A DNA stretch of 25,302 nt from Acutalibacteraceae bacterium. GTDB taxonomy: Bacteria > Bacillota > Clostridia > Oscillospirales > Acutalibacteraceae. Below, one piece after another: positions 1 through 8,724 of the stretch. The position numbers were made by a program, and so were the translations under genes. The notes beneath the pieces were generated by a model. That model did no database searches. It saw nothing but the letters and a program-made list of their open reading frames with translations, and had not been told where the DNA came from. The stretch is taken from assembly GCA_045630025.1 (NCBI GenBank), contig JAZQSG010000276.1, forward strand, positions 1 through 25,302, in the 5' to 3' direction. Positions within the stretch are counted from its first letter, which is position 1, and every line of letters starts with the position of its first letter.

Positions 1-9
1 AAAAATCCA

Positions 10-29
10 CCTCCCTCGTCAGAGGGAGG
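10..29. repeat. GC-rich perfect hairpin (CCTCCCTC-gtca-GAGGGAGG), REP-like or terminator-like; context truncated by window edge
   Basis: 8-bp perfect inverted repeat with 4-nt loop read directly from the sequence. Confidence 0.45.
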
Positions 30-97
30 CATAACATAAAACACTTTCTGCGTTTGCCTTTGATTTCTACGATTTCTGTTCATCGCTAAAGCTCTTT

Positions 98-134
98 TGA
101 ACCACGCGACTATCGCGTGGTTTTCGTTATACAA
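98..134. repeat. Palindromic repeat module W (AACCACGCGA-cta-TCGCGTGGTTTTCGTTATACAA), second copy at 19784-19830
   Basis: Right arm 113-134 is identical to 19809-19830; 10-bp stem. Confidence 0.8.
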
Positions 135-164
135 AAAAAGAGCAAGGCACGCGCCTTGCTCTTT
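133..164 (-). terminator. Intrinsic terminator of secD-secF
   Basis: 12-bp stem AAAGAGCAAGGC/GCCTTGCTCTTT, 4-nt loop, T7 tail on the minus strand, about 20 nt after the secF stop. Confidence 0.85.
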
Positions 165-185
165 AATTATTTTATTAAAACAAGC

Positions 186-1163
186 TTACTTTTTGTAGCC
201 GTGCTTTTTCTTGTTGTTCATACGCTCTTTCTTCTTTGCGTCAAAAGCGGTCTTCCACTTAACCCAGATAGAGGGAGCCAAGCAGATAGATGAATATGCA
301 CCGCTCAAAAGACCAAAGCAAAGAGGAATGGTCAAGCTGCGCAGGGAGGTAATGCCCTTAATCTCGCAAACCACAAGAACGGTCAAAATGGCAAGCACGG
401 TTGACAGGTTGGTCATAACGTTACGAGCCAAAACCTGGTTGTTTGAAAGGTTAACCAAGGAATCCAGGGGCTCTTTGCTGCCGTAAATCCTCTTGTTTTC
501 GCGAACGCGGTCAAACACAACGATGGTGCTGTTAAGCGAATAACCAAGCAAGGTCATAACAACGGCAATAAAGTTAGAATCGATGGGCAGACGGAAAACA
601 ACCGATACTGTAAAGGCAATCAAAATATCGTGCACCAAAGCAATCATAGCGGTTGAACCTGCCAACCATCCGCCAACCTTGCGGAAACGGAAGGCAACGT
701 AAATTATTACCAGCAATGCGGCAATAAGCACTGCAACCAAGCACTTTGCAAAGAAAACTGCACCAACGGAGGGAGATACGCTAAGTACCTCTTCCTGAAC
801 GATTTTGTTATCCTTTACGCTTTTGTCGGATTCAAGCTTTTCGCCCAGCTTGTCGATAAGCTTGGTGTCAAGAGCATCCTTTTCAGCCAAAGAGATAACC
901 AGCTTTTGAGAATCGCCATCCACACCGGAGGTGGTGTCAACGCCTACTTTTTTGCCGATGCTGTCGGCGGCTAACTGTGCAACCTTGTCGGTATCAATCT
1001 TGCCGGTGTATGAATAGGTAATTTTGGTACCGCCGCTAAAGGTGATATCCACAACGGGGCCAAGCACCAAAGCAACCACAAGACCAATAAGAATGATGGC
1101 AGCCGATACAATAAGGTAAAGTTTAAGATTGCCTACAAAATTAAACTTTTTATTATTCAGCAT
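186..1163 (-). CDS. secF: Protein translocase subunit SecF
   Basis: DITFSGGT, SVSPSVG, GYSLNSTIVVFDRVREN motifs and six TM segments; start moved to ATG 1163 (MLNNKK) behind a GGAGGT RBS; overlaps the secD stop. Confidence 0.93.
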   Translation of the reverse strand: MLNNKKFNFVGNLKLYLIVSAAIILIGLVVALVLGPVVDITFSGGTKITYSYTGKIDTDKVAQLAADSIGKKVGVDTTSGVDGDSQKLVISLAEKDALDTKLIDKLGEKLESDKSVKDNKIVQEEVLSVSPSVGAVFFAKCLVAVLIAALLVIIYVAFRFRKVGGWLAGSTAMIALVHDILIAFTVSVVFRLPIDSNFIAVVMTLLGYSLNSTIVVFDRVRENKRIYGSKEPLDSLVNLSNNQVLARNVMTNLSTVLAILTVLVVCEIKGITSLRSLTIPLCFGLLSGAYSSICLAPSIWVKWKTAFDAKKKERMNNKKKHGYKK

Positions 1164-2532
1164 TCTTAACACCTCCATACAACCAGGGATTTCTCATGCA
1201 CTTAAACTGAGACACGCTGCCCAGCATAACCTTTGATGCAAATACGCCAAAGATGAAGTTGAACACAACGCCCATAAGCAAGGTGTAACCGAATGAGTAA
1301 ACGGCACCTGATACCGATGCGCCGAACAGACCCATAAGGGGGCTGAATATCTTGGCGAAAATGTTATCGGAGGGACCGAAGCAGCCCATAAGCACGATAG
1401 CAACCAAAATGTTGGTTACGTTACCGTCGATAATGGCTGACATTGAGTTTTTGTTACCGATTTTAATTGCAGAGGTGAGGGTGCGACCTGAGCGCATCTC
1501 TTCCTTAATTCTTTCGGCGGTGATAACGTTGGCGTCAACACCCATACCGATTGAAAGAATCATACCTGCAATACCGGGAATGGTGAGGGTAAAGCCCTCG
1601 GCTCCCTTAAAGAAGCCGGAAGCGCAAGCTATCATACCTGCTACCTGACCTGCAAGGCACAAAGAAGCGATGGCACCGGGCAAGCGGTATCTTACAATTA
1701 TAATAAGGCAGATTGCACCGAATGCGATAAGACCTGCAATAAGCATGGCGTTAAGCGCCTCGGCACCAAGGGTTGCGCTGATAACCTGAAGCTTAGAATC
1801 GTCAACGCTCATCTTGAAGGGCAAAGAGCCGGCGTTGATGGTGTTGGCAAGATCTACACAGCCCTCGTAGTCGGGGCCGGTAATGGTGGCCTCGCCGTTT
1901 GAGATAACGTCGTTAACCTGGGGTGCGGAAATTACGCTGCCATCCATACAAATAGCAATCTGCTTGCCGTAGTACTCTTTGGTGGCTGCGGCAAACTTGC
2001 TGCGGCCCTCGCTGGTCAGCTTAAGCTGAACGTAGGGGGTACCGTCCTGGTTAACCTGGGCAGAGGCAGAATCAACGTGCTTACCCTCAAGCACTACTTT
2101 TTTAGAATCGTAGGTTGCGCCGCCGCAGAACTGAAGCAATGCGGTATCGCCAAGCTCTTTAATAGCGGTGGAAGCATCAAAATCCTGCTGACCTGACTGC
2201 CAGGGGAAGCGCACAACAATTTGCTTGTTGGCCTTATCTATTGACGTTTCATAATCGGTAATACCCTTGTTGATAAGTCGGGTATCGATTATCTTTTTGG
2301 CCGCCTCAAGATCTTTGGTAGAGATTTTTTTAACGTCTACCCCCTCGGGAGCAAAAACGGCCTCTACACCGCCTTGAATATCGATACCCCAACGGATATC
2401 TTCGGCACTTTTGAAATAGACGATTTCTTTATCGCCATAGAAATTCTTTACACCGAAAAATGCGGTGAAAGTTAGGGCAAATATAAGCAGGGCCATAACA
2501 AAAACCCAACATTTGCTCAATTTCTTTTTCAT
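1153..2532 (-). CDS. secD: Protein translocase subunit SecD
   Basis: RWGIDIQGG, PGIAGMILSIGMGVDANV and ERIKEE motifs; start moved to ATG 2532 (MKKKLS) behind GGAGG. Confidence 0.93.
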   Translation of the reverse strand: MKKKLSKCWVFVMALLIFALTFTAFFGVKNFYGDKEIVYFKSAEDIRWGIDIQGGVEAVFAPEGVDVKKISTKDLEAAKKIIDTRLINKGITDYETSIDKANKQIVVRFPWQSGQQDFDASTAIKELGDTALLQFCGGATYDSKKVVLEGKHVDSASAQVNQDGTPYVQLKLTSEGRSKFAAATKEYYGKQIAICMDGSVISAPQVNDVISNGEATITGPDYEGCVDLANTINAGSLPFKMSVDDSKLQVISATLGAEALNAMLIAGLIAFGAICLIIIVRYRLPGAIASLCLAGQVAGMIACASGFFKGAEGFTLTIPGIAGMILSIGMGVDANVITAERIKEEMRSGRTLTSAIKIGNKNSMSAIIDGNVTNILVAIVLMGCFGPSDNIFAKIFSPLMGLFGASVSGAVYSFGYTLLMGVVFNFIFGVFASKVMLGSVSQFKCMRNPWLYGGVKNAE

Positions 2533-2633
2533 TGGCTTATCCTCCTTGTTTAGAATTATCAGCGTTTTGCCGTTAAAACTTGCGCTGACAAAGCTTTGCA
2601 ATAAAAAGTGAAATAAATCACTCTAATAGACCT

Positions 2634-2662
2634 ATTATATTAGATATGTGGCTAAAAGTCAA
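2634..2662 (-). promoter_or_regulatory. Sigma-A promoter of secDF
   Basis: TTGACT-N17-TATAAT on the minus strand. Confidence 0.75.
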
Positions 2663-2704
2663 TTTTTTTAGCACCGCAAAATGTACAAACAATATGGCTT
2701 TTGT

Positions 2705-3985
2705 TTATACACCTTGCTCTAAAAGCATCTCAATAGTGGCAATTTTAACCGAAGTGGTAAAAATCTTCATTGCCTGGCGCAGCTCATCCACAGGGGGGAA
2801 GGAGGGGGCGATGCGAATGTTGCTGTCTAACGGGTCGTTGCCGTAGGGGTAGGTTGCACCTGCGCCCGTAAGCACCACGCCTGCCTCTTTACACAGCTGA
2901 ACAACCCTTTTGGCACAGCCGGGCAAGGTATCTACACTAATAAAATAGCCGCCGTTGGGATGGTTCCAGGCCAAAATATCAAGGCCGTCAAGTCGGTCCT
3001 CAAGCATATCAAGCACCATTCTGAATTTGGGCTCCAAAATTTCGGCGTGGCGCTTCATATGGCTTTCAAGCGATTTAAAATCGGGGAACATTTTTGCATG
3101 GCGCAGCTGATTAATCTTATCGTGGCAGATGGTTTGCACGCTCATACGCTTGCGTATAAGGTCGCGGTTAAACTTGTTGGCGGCCACACAAGCAACGCCA
3201 CCGCCGGGGAAGGTAACCTTTGCGGTAGAGGCAAACTCTACTACCAAAGAGGGGTTGCCCGCCATCTTGCACTCTTTAAGCACGTCAATCAAATGGTCGT
3301 CGGCGCTGACAAGGTGGATAGAGTAGGCGTTATCCCACATAACTCTGAAATCCTCGGCCGCCGGCTTAAGGTTGGCTATGCGGCGCACCATATCGTCAGA
3401 ATAGGTTATGCCCTGGGGATTGGAGTATTTCGGCACGCACCACATACCCTTAACCGAGGGGTCCTTTACAAGGCGCTCAATCTCTTCAATATCGGGGCCG
3501 TCGGTATCCATAGCCACGGGAATCATCTTAATGCCAAAATGCTCGCAAATGGCAAAGTGGCGATCGTAACCGGGCGAAGGACACAAAAACTTAATTTCAC
3601 CCTGCTTGCTCCAGGGCTCACCGCCAAGGCCGGTAATCATTGCCTGGGCGATAAAATCAAACATCATATTAAGAGAAGAAGTGCCGCCTATAATAACGTT
3701 TTCTTCTTCACAACCCAAAATTTGAGCAAAAAGACGCTTTGCCTCGGGTATTCCGTCGGGGCCGCCGTAGTTGCGGCAATCGATATTGCCCTCGGCTATG
3801 GCGCTGTCGTTGGATTTAACCTTGTCAAGCAAAGCCATGCTCAAGCTGAGCTGATCTTTGCAGGGTTTGCCGCGAGACATATCCAAGCTAAGCTCAAGGG
3901 CCTTAAACTTTTCATATTCACTTGTGGCAGTGGCAAGGGCCGCTTTAAGCTCTTGCTCGGTGCAATCAAGATATCTTTTTTCCAT
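2705..3985 (-). CDS. PLP-dependent aminotransferase, class I/II fold (Corynebacterium AspB / Rv3722c-like aspartate aminotransferase family)
   Basis: SLDMSRGKP, CPSPGYDRHF, VPKYSNPQG, WDNAY and STAKVTFPG (PLP lysine) motifs; GAGGTG RBS. Confidence 0.8.
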   Translation of the reverse strand: MEKRYLDCTEQELKAALATATSEYEKFKALELSLDMSRGKPCKDQLSLSMALLDKVKSNDSAIAEGNIDCRNYGGPDGIPEAKRLFAQILGCEEENVIIGGTSSLNMMFDFIAQAMITGLGGEPWSKQGEIKFLCPSPGYDRHFAICEHFGIKMIPVAMDTDGPDIEEIERLVKDPSVKGMWCVPKYSNPQGITYSDDMVRRIANLKPAAEDFRVMWDNAYSIHLVSADDHLIDVLKECKMAGNPSLVVEFASTAKVTFPGGGVACVAANKFNRDLIRKRMSVQTICHDKINQLRHAKMFPDFKSLESHMKRHAEILEPKFRMVLDMLEDRLDGLDILAWNHPNGGYFISVDTLPGCAKRVVQLCKEAGVVLTGAGATYPYGNDPLDSNIRIAPSFPPVDELRQAMKIFTTSVKIATIEMLLEQGV

Positions 3986-4108
3986 GCTTTCACCTCGTGT
4001 GGATTGTTAGCAGAATATGCTATCCATATATTTTAATACATTTTATTAATAAATACAATAGTCAATTTAATCACTGTGCGAATATTATGAAAAAATAACA
4101 AATTCACC

Positions 4109-4137
4109 TTGACATATTAGCTATAATGTAATAAAAT
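4109..4137 (+). promoter_or_regulatory. Sigma-A promoter of rny
   Basis: TTGACA-N17-TAAAAT, implying a 5' UTR of about 110 nt. Confidence 0.8.
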
Positions 4138-4153
4138 GTAAATTGGTATTGTA

Positions 4154-4232
4154 GGGTAGTATGTCGATGGCGCGACCTACTGACCCATAACCCGATATCG
4201 GGCCAACCCACCGCCCCTGAAGTGTGGTTTTT
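4154..4232 (+). promoter_or_regulatory. Structured 5' leader of rny (candidate cis-regulatory RNA)
   Basis: Hairpin 4154-4186 (GGGT-AGTA-t-GTCG / CGAC-c-TACT-g-ACCC), palindrome CCCGATATCGGG 4191-4202, weak CCAC/GTGG stem followed by T5. Confidence 0.4.
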
Positions 4233-4252
4233 ATAAAGGAGGTGCACTTAAA

Positions 4253-5815
4253 GTGCCGGAAATTTCATTACTGTACGTTATTATTATTGCGGTTGCCGCC
4301 GCAATAATTGCCGCCGTTGTTGCCTTTGCAAGCGGTGTTTCTTACCGCAAGCGCAAGGCAGAGGCCACTATCGGCTCTGCTGAAGCAGAGGCAAAACGCA
4401 TACTTAACGACGCCTACAAAGGTGCCGAGGCAAAAAAGAAAGAGGCAATTTTAGAAGCCAAAGACGAAATTCACAAAATGCGCAGCGAAGCTGACCAAGA
4501 AATTCGCGAGCGCCGCAACGAGGTTAAACAGCAAGAGCGCAGACTTCTTCAAAAGGAAGAAACGCTTGACCGCAAGCTGGAAAACATCGAAGCAAAAGAA
4601 GAGGCCATTGCAGCCAAACAAAAAACCGTGGATGAGCGTATGGCAGAGGTTGAGCAGCTTAAAAAAGGCCAACTTGATATGCTTGAGCGCATTTCGGGCT
4701 TTTCTATCGAGCAAGCTAAAGATTATTTGCTGCGCTCGCTGGATGAAGAGCTCACCCACGAAAAAGCTTTGCGCATTATGAACCATGAGCAAAAGCTTAA
4801 GGACGAGTCGGACAAGCTGGCAGGCAAGATTATATCTCAGGCCATTCAGCGTTGTGCCGCCGACCATTCAAGCGAGGTCACAATCTCGGTTGTTGACCTG
4901 CCCAACGACGAAATGAAGGGCCGCATAATCGGTCGTGAGGGTCGCAACATCCGCACCCTCGAGACCCTTACGGGCGTTGACCTTATCATCGACGATACTC
5001 CCGAGGCCATTACCCTTTCAAGCTTTGACCCCATCCGCCGCGAGGTGGCTCGTTTGGCCCTTGAAAAGCTTATTCAAGACGGTCGAATTCATCCCGCACG
5101 CATTGAGGAAACGGTTGAGAAGGCCAAAAAAGAGGTTGAGCGCACCATTCGCCAGGAAGGTGAAAACGCCGTGCTTGAAACCGGTGTTCGCAACCTGCAT
5201 CCCGAGCTGGTTACTCTGCTTGGCCGTTTGCACTACCGCACAAGCTACGGTCAAAACGTGCTTAACCACGCCCGCGAGGTTTCTTTCCTTGCAGGTCTTA
5301 TGGCCGCCGAGCTGGGTGAAGACGTTTCCCTTGCACGCCGCGCCGGCTTGCTGCACGATATAGGCAAGGCCCTCGACCACGAGCACGAGGGTACCCACAT
5401 TCAGTTGGGTGTTGACGCCGCCAAGAAGTATAAAGAGAATGAAGAGGTTATTCACGCCATTCACGCTCACCACGGCGACGTTGAGGCCAAAACCGTTATC
5501 GCTTGCCTTGTTCAGGCCGCCGATGCTATCTCTGCCGCACGCCCCGGCGCCCGCAGAGAAAACATTGAAAGCTACGTTAAGCGCCTTGAAAAGCTTGAGG
5601 AGATCGCCAACTCCTTTAACGGCGTAGAAAAATCCTTCGCCATTCAGGCGGGCCGCGAAATTCGCATTATGGTTAAGCCCGACGTTATCAGCGACGATCA
5701 GATGTTGCTTACCGCTCGCGAAATCGTTAAAAAGATTGAGAGCGATTTGGAATATCCCGGTCAGATTAAGGTTAGTCTTATCCGCGAAAACCGCGCAGTT
5801 GATTACGCAAAATAA
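4253..5815 (+). CDS. rny: Ribonuclease Y
   Basis: N-terminal TM, coiled coil, KH domain ([14 protein letters not shown]), HD domain (GLLHDIGKA); GTG start behind AAAGGAGGT. Confidence 0.97.
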   Translation: MPEISLLYVIIIAVAAAIIAAVVAFASGVSYRKRKAEATIGSAEAEAKRILNDAYKGAEAKKKEAILEAKDEIHKMRSEADQEIRERRNEVKQQERRLLQKEETLDRKLENIEAKEEAIAAKQKTVDERMAEVEQLKKGQLDMLERISGFSIEQAKDYLLRSLDEELTHEKALRIMNHEQKLKDESDKLAGKIISQAIQRCAADHSSEVTISVVDLPNDEMKGRIIGREGRNIRTLETLTGVDLIIDDTPEAITLSSFDPIRREVARLALEKLIQDGRIHPARIEETVEKAKKEVERTIRQEGENAVLETGVRNLHPELVTLLGRLHYRTSYGQNVLNHAREVSFLAGLMAAELGEDVSLARRAGLLHDIGKALDHEHEGTHIQLGVDAAKKYKENEEVIHAIHAHHGDVEAKTVIACLVQAADAISAARPGARRENIESYVKRLEKLEEIANSFNGVEKSFAIQAGREIRIMVKPDVISDDQMLLTAREIVKKIESDLEYPGQIKVSLIRENRAVDYAK

Positions 5816-5825
5816 TTTGTTATTT

Positions 5826-5864
5826 AAACCCCTATGTGTGCCACGGCACACATAGGGGTTTTTT
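5826..5864 (+). terminator. Intrinsic terminator of rny
   Basis: Long perfect stem AAACCCCTATGTGTGCC/GGCACACATAGGGGTTT with T-tail, 10 nt after the stop. Confidence 0.9.
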
Positions 5865-6029
5865 GTTGCGCGCCGCCCTAACGCCCCCATTGCCTAAAGG
5901 GTGTTGCAGGGGCAAATTTGCCAAAACTATTACCGATTGTAATGTAGTAAATCGGACAAATTTCAACAAAATCCCCCTTTCTTGTATACATAATTTTTTG
6001 AAAATCACCTTTTATTTTTCTTTTAACAA

Positions 6030-6133
6030 TGTGAAAACCTTGATAAAACAACGAGTTTTACACATTTTCCACAGAGTTTTCAACAATGCATTATGTCAAC
6101 GCCTTAATATTACAAATAGTTATATTATCCACT
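6030..6133. promoter_or_regulatory. Cluster of DnaA-box-like 9-mers in AT-rich intergenic DNA
   Basis: TTTTACACA 6056 and TTTTCCACA 6065 match TTWTNCACA; TTTTCAACA 6077, TTATCCACT 6125 and reverse TGTGAAAAC 6030 each have one mismatch. Confidence 0.6.
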
Positions 6134-6239
6134 TTTTTACAATACGCCGCAGATTACTGTTTTTGCTGCAAAAAAGTGTATAAATTTTACCCTTTTTACC
6201 AAAAATACCGATGAAAAACCAAAGAATTGAGGTACCTGT

Positions 6240-6509
6240 ATGATACGAGGGGTTAACCGCCGAGTTGTTGAAATTAACGAGTGTAAAAGTCCGCTTTTTG
6301 AACGGGCCATTTTTTTCGTGCGCCCCGACGCCGCCGACAAATCCTTTGCCGAAATGCAAAAGGAGGCCAACTCTATAATAGAAACCTTATCCCTTCACCC
6401 TGCGCCGCCCCCGAAAAAGAGATACCGCTTAAGCAGGCGGGCCATTTGGCTCTTTTTTGGGCTTGCCGTGGCGGCGGCCGTGATAAGCACCCTGCTTAAT
6501 TTTATATAA
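6240..6509 (+). CDS. Small hypothetical membrane protein (MIRGVNRRVVE-type N-terminus, C-terminal TM)
   Basis: GAGGTA RBS, 89 aa, hydrophobic C-terminus; directly upstream of the M23 gene. Confidence 0.7.
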   Translation: MIRGVNRRVVEINECKSPLFERAIFFVRPDAADKSFAEMQKEANSIIETLSLHPAPPPKKRYRLSRRAIWLFFGLAVAAAVISTLLNFI

Positions 6510-6512
6510 AAG

Positions 6513-6542
6513 GAATAAACGCCGCTCACAAGGGCAAAAATA
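6513..6542 (+). promoter_or_regulatory. Sigma-F-like (forespore) promoter for the M23 peptidase gene
   Basis: GAATA-N15-GGCAAAAATA versus the Bacillus sigma-F consensus GYWTA-N15-GGNNANANTW (one mismatch). Confidence 0.55.
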
Positions 6543-6572
6543 AATACAGAACGATAGGAAAGGTTAGTTTAT

Positions 6573-7271
6573 ATGAGCAATATGCATTTTAAACCCACCA
6601 AAAAATTTAAAGCTAAATATCTGGCCGCTGCTCTTTGTTTGGTTGCCCTGGGCGCGGCTGCCTGGTTTGGAGTAGGCAAAGCGGCCTTTGCCCCTCAAAC
6701 CGAAGAGCCCCAAAACGCCGCCGACGGCACCACAAGCAGCGCCCCCTTTAACCAGCCCCTGCCCTCTCAAGAGCCGCAAAGCCCCTCGTCAACCCCCTCT
6801 GCACCAAAGGATAACGGTCCTTCAACCTCTTCACAGCAAGACACTGTGCAGACGGTCAGCCCCACCGCCGATTTTTTTGTGTTGCCCGTAACGGGAGAAA
6901 TAATCAAAAAATTCAGCGATACCGAGCTGCAATACTCGCTAACCTACAAGGATTGGCGCCTGCACCCCGCCCTTGACATAAAGGCGCCCACGGGCGAGCG
7001 CATAAACGCTGCAGGCGACGGCACCGTTATAGAAATATACGACGACCCTTTGTACGGCAAAACGGTTGTTATTAACCACGGCAACGACGTTGTTGCATAT
7101 TATTGCGGATTGGCCGAGGTTACCACCGCAGTGGGGGACGGAATAGGCGCAAATATGCAAATAGGCACCTTGGGTAAGGTGCCCTGCGAAAGTGTAGAAA
7201 CCACCCATTTGCATTTGATGATTAAAAAAGGTGATAAATATATCTCTCCCCTTAATATAATGGGAGTATAG
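6573..7271 (+). CDS. M23/LytM peptidase with N-terminal TM and Pro/Ser/Thr linker, SpoIIQ-like
   Basis: HPALD (HxxxD) and HLH (HxH) zinc motifs, DPLYGKTVVINHG; single TM; sigma-F-like promoter. Confidence 0.8.
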   Translation: MSNMHFKPTKKFKAKYLAAALCLVALGAAAWFGVGKAAFAPQTEEPQNAADGTTSSAPFNQPLPSQEPQSPSSTPSAPKDNGPSTSSQQDTVQTVSPTADFFVLPVTGEIIKKFSDTELQYSLTYKDWRLHPALDIKAPTGERINAAGDGTVIEIYDDPLYGKTVVINHGNDVVAYYCGLAEVTTAVGDGIGANMQIGTLGKVPCESVETTHLHLMIKKGDKYISPLNIMGV

Positions 7272-7305
7272 CACGCCTGCGTGGCAAAGGTCGGGGATAG
7301 GCGGC

Positions 7306-7345
7306 AAAAGGAGCAGACAGAAGTAATTTTTGTCGGCTCCTTTTT
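7306..7345 (+). terminator. Probable terminator after the M23 gene
   Basis: AAAAGGAGC-a-GACA / TGTC-g-GCTCCTTTT stem with T-tail. Confidence 0.6.
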
Positions 7346-7347
7346 GC

Positions 7348-7376
7348 TTGTAAAAAATAAAGTTGTGTGTTATATT
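7348..7376 (+). promoter_or_regulatory. Sigma-A promoter of the MFS-GDPD operon
   Basis: TTGTAA-N17-TATATT with TG extended -10. Confidence 0.55.
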
Positions 7377-7407
7377 AAATTTAATATTGTAAATGGCGGA
7401 GGTAAAA

Positions 7408-8721
7408 ATGAAGTTAAATTATAAAAGAACCATACTTATAGGTCTTGGCTTTATGTCTATTCTTGCTTTTTGGCAGTTTTACGACCAGGTTATTCCCTAT
7501 ATTTTGGAAGACCGATTTAAGCTTGATACCTTTGCTGCCAACCTTATAATGTCTATCGACAACGTGTTGGCCATATTTATGCTGCCCCTCTTTGGTGCAC
7601 TTTCTGACCGCACCCGTTCTCCTTGGGGCAAACGCACACCCTACATCCTTTTCGGCACCGTTGCATCGGTTTTGCTTATGGTGACGCTGGGATATTTTGA
7701 GGGTGCAGGCAATTTCTGGGGCTTTATGATTGCCCTGGTGGCCGTGCTGGTGGTTATGGCGGTTTATCGCACCCCTGCGGTGGCCTATATGCCCGACGTT
7801 ACTCCCAAGCCCTTACGCAGCAAGGCCAACGCCATCATCAATCTGGTGGGCTACATCGGCGGTATTTTTGCCACCGTTGTGATGATGTTTATGCTTAAAA
7901 GCGAAACCAAGGCCGACGGCGAAAAGGTTTATGCCGAGGGGCAGAGCTTTATGCCCGTCTTTGTAGTTATTGCCGCATTTATGATGGTTGCGGTGCTGAT
8001 AATGGTGGTTGCCATTAATGAAAACAAGCTCGTTAAAGAGGTTGCCCCCGAAATGATTGAGGACGACCCCGACCAAGAGCAAACCTCATCTAACGGCAAG
8101 CTTGCTCCCCCGGTGCGCAAAAGCTTAGTTCTTATTCTTGTTTCGGTGTTTTTGTGGTTCACCGCATACAACGCCGTTACCACCGCCTTTTCTCGCTATT
8201 GTGTAAACGTGTGGGGTGCCGACCTTAGCGTTTCATCAAGCTATTTGCTGGTGGCCACCGTTGCCGCCATTGCCGCCTTTATTCCTTTGGGCTTTTTGTC
8301 AAACAAGCTGGGTCGCAAGGCGACCGTGCTTATCGGTGTGGCCCTTATGACCGCCTGCTATTTGGTGGCCATTCTGTTTACCAAGCAGACCCCTCTTATG
8401 TATCTTATTTTTGCTTTGGTGGGCATTGGCTGGGCCGCCATCAACGTTAACTCCTTCCCCATGGTGGTAGAGATGAGCACCGGCGCCGACGTGGGCAAAT
8501 ACACCGGCTTTTACTACACCTTCTCTATGGCGGCGCAAATTATAACCCCCTCCCTTTCCGCCCTGTTTATTGATATTTTTGGGCTGGGCTACAAAGCGCT
8601 GTTCCCCTATGCCGTGTTTTTCTCGGCCGCGTCCTTCGTAACCATGCTTTTGGTTAAGCACGGCGATTCAAAGCCGATTAAAAAGGCATCTTTGCTTGAA
8701 AACTTTGACGTAGAGGATTAA
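7408..8721 (+). CDS. MFS transporter (GPH/SLC45 sucrose-maltose-like family)
   Basis: 12 TM segments, GALSDRTRSPWGKRTPY motif A, AYMPDVTPKPLRSKAN; start moved to ATG 7408 behind GGAGG. Confidence 0.88.
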   Translation: MKLNYKRTILIGLGFMSILAFWQFYDQVIPYILEDRFKLDTFAANLIMSIDNVLAIFMLPLFGALSDRTRSPWGKRTPYILFGTVASVLLMVTLGYFEGAGNFWGFMIALVAVLVVMAVYRTPAVAYMPDVTPKPLRSKANAIINLVGYIGGIFATVVMMFMLKSETKADGEKVYAEGQSFMPVFVVIAAFMMVAVLIMVVAINENKLVKEVAPEMIEDDPDQEQTSSNGKLAPPVRKSLVLILVSVFLWFTAYNAVTTAFSRYCVNVWGADLSVSSSYLLVATVAAIAAFIPLGFLSNKLGRKATVLIGVALMTACYLVAILFTKQTPLMYLIFALVGIGWAAINVNSFPMVVEMSTGADVGKYTGFYYTFSMAAQIITPSLSALFIDIFGLGYKALFPYAVFFSAASFVTMLLVKHGDSKPIKKASLLENFDVED

Positions 8722-8724
8722 AAA

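Noticed and set aside
7-30. The minus strand contains CTGACGAG, like a hammerhead ribozyme core
   Set aside because: It is the loop region of a simple hairpin, no downstream GAAA/stem arrangement is visible, and the context is cut by the window edge
2960-5890. Long antisense ORFs (2960-4036 +, 5018-5890 -)
   Set aside because: They are shadows of the aminotransferase and rny codon patterns, with no RBS and no recognisable domains
6178-6207. Possible sporulation sigma promoter (GTATA...CCAAAAATA) ahead of the 89-aa gene
   Set aside because: It lacks the GG of the sigma-F -10 and is a poor sigma-E match, so it is too weak to call
5870-6230. AT-rich DnaA-box region as oriC itself
   Set aside because: There is no adjacent dnaA/rpmH, no clear DnaA-trio run and only about five boxes; kept only as a possible DnaA-box cluster
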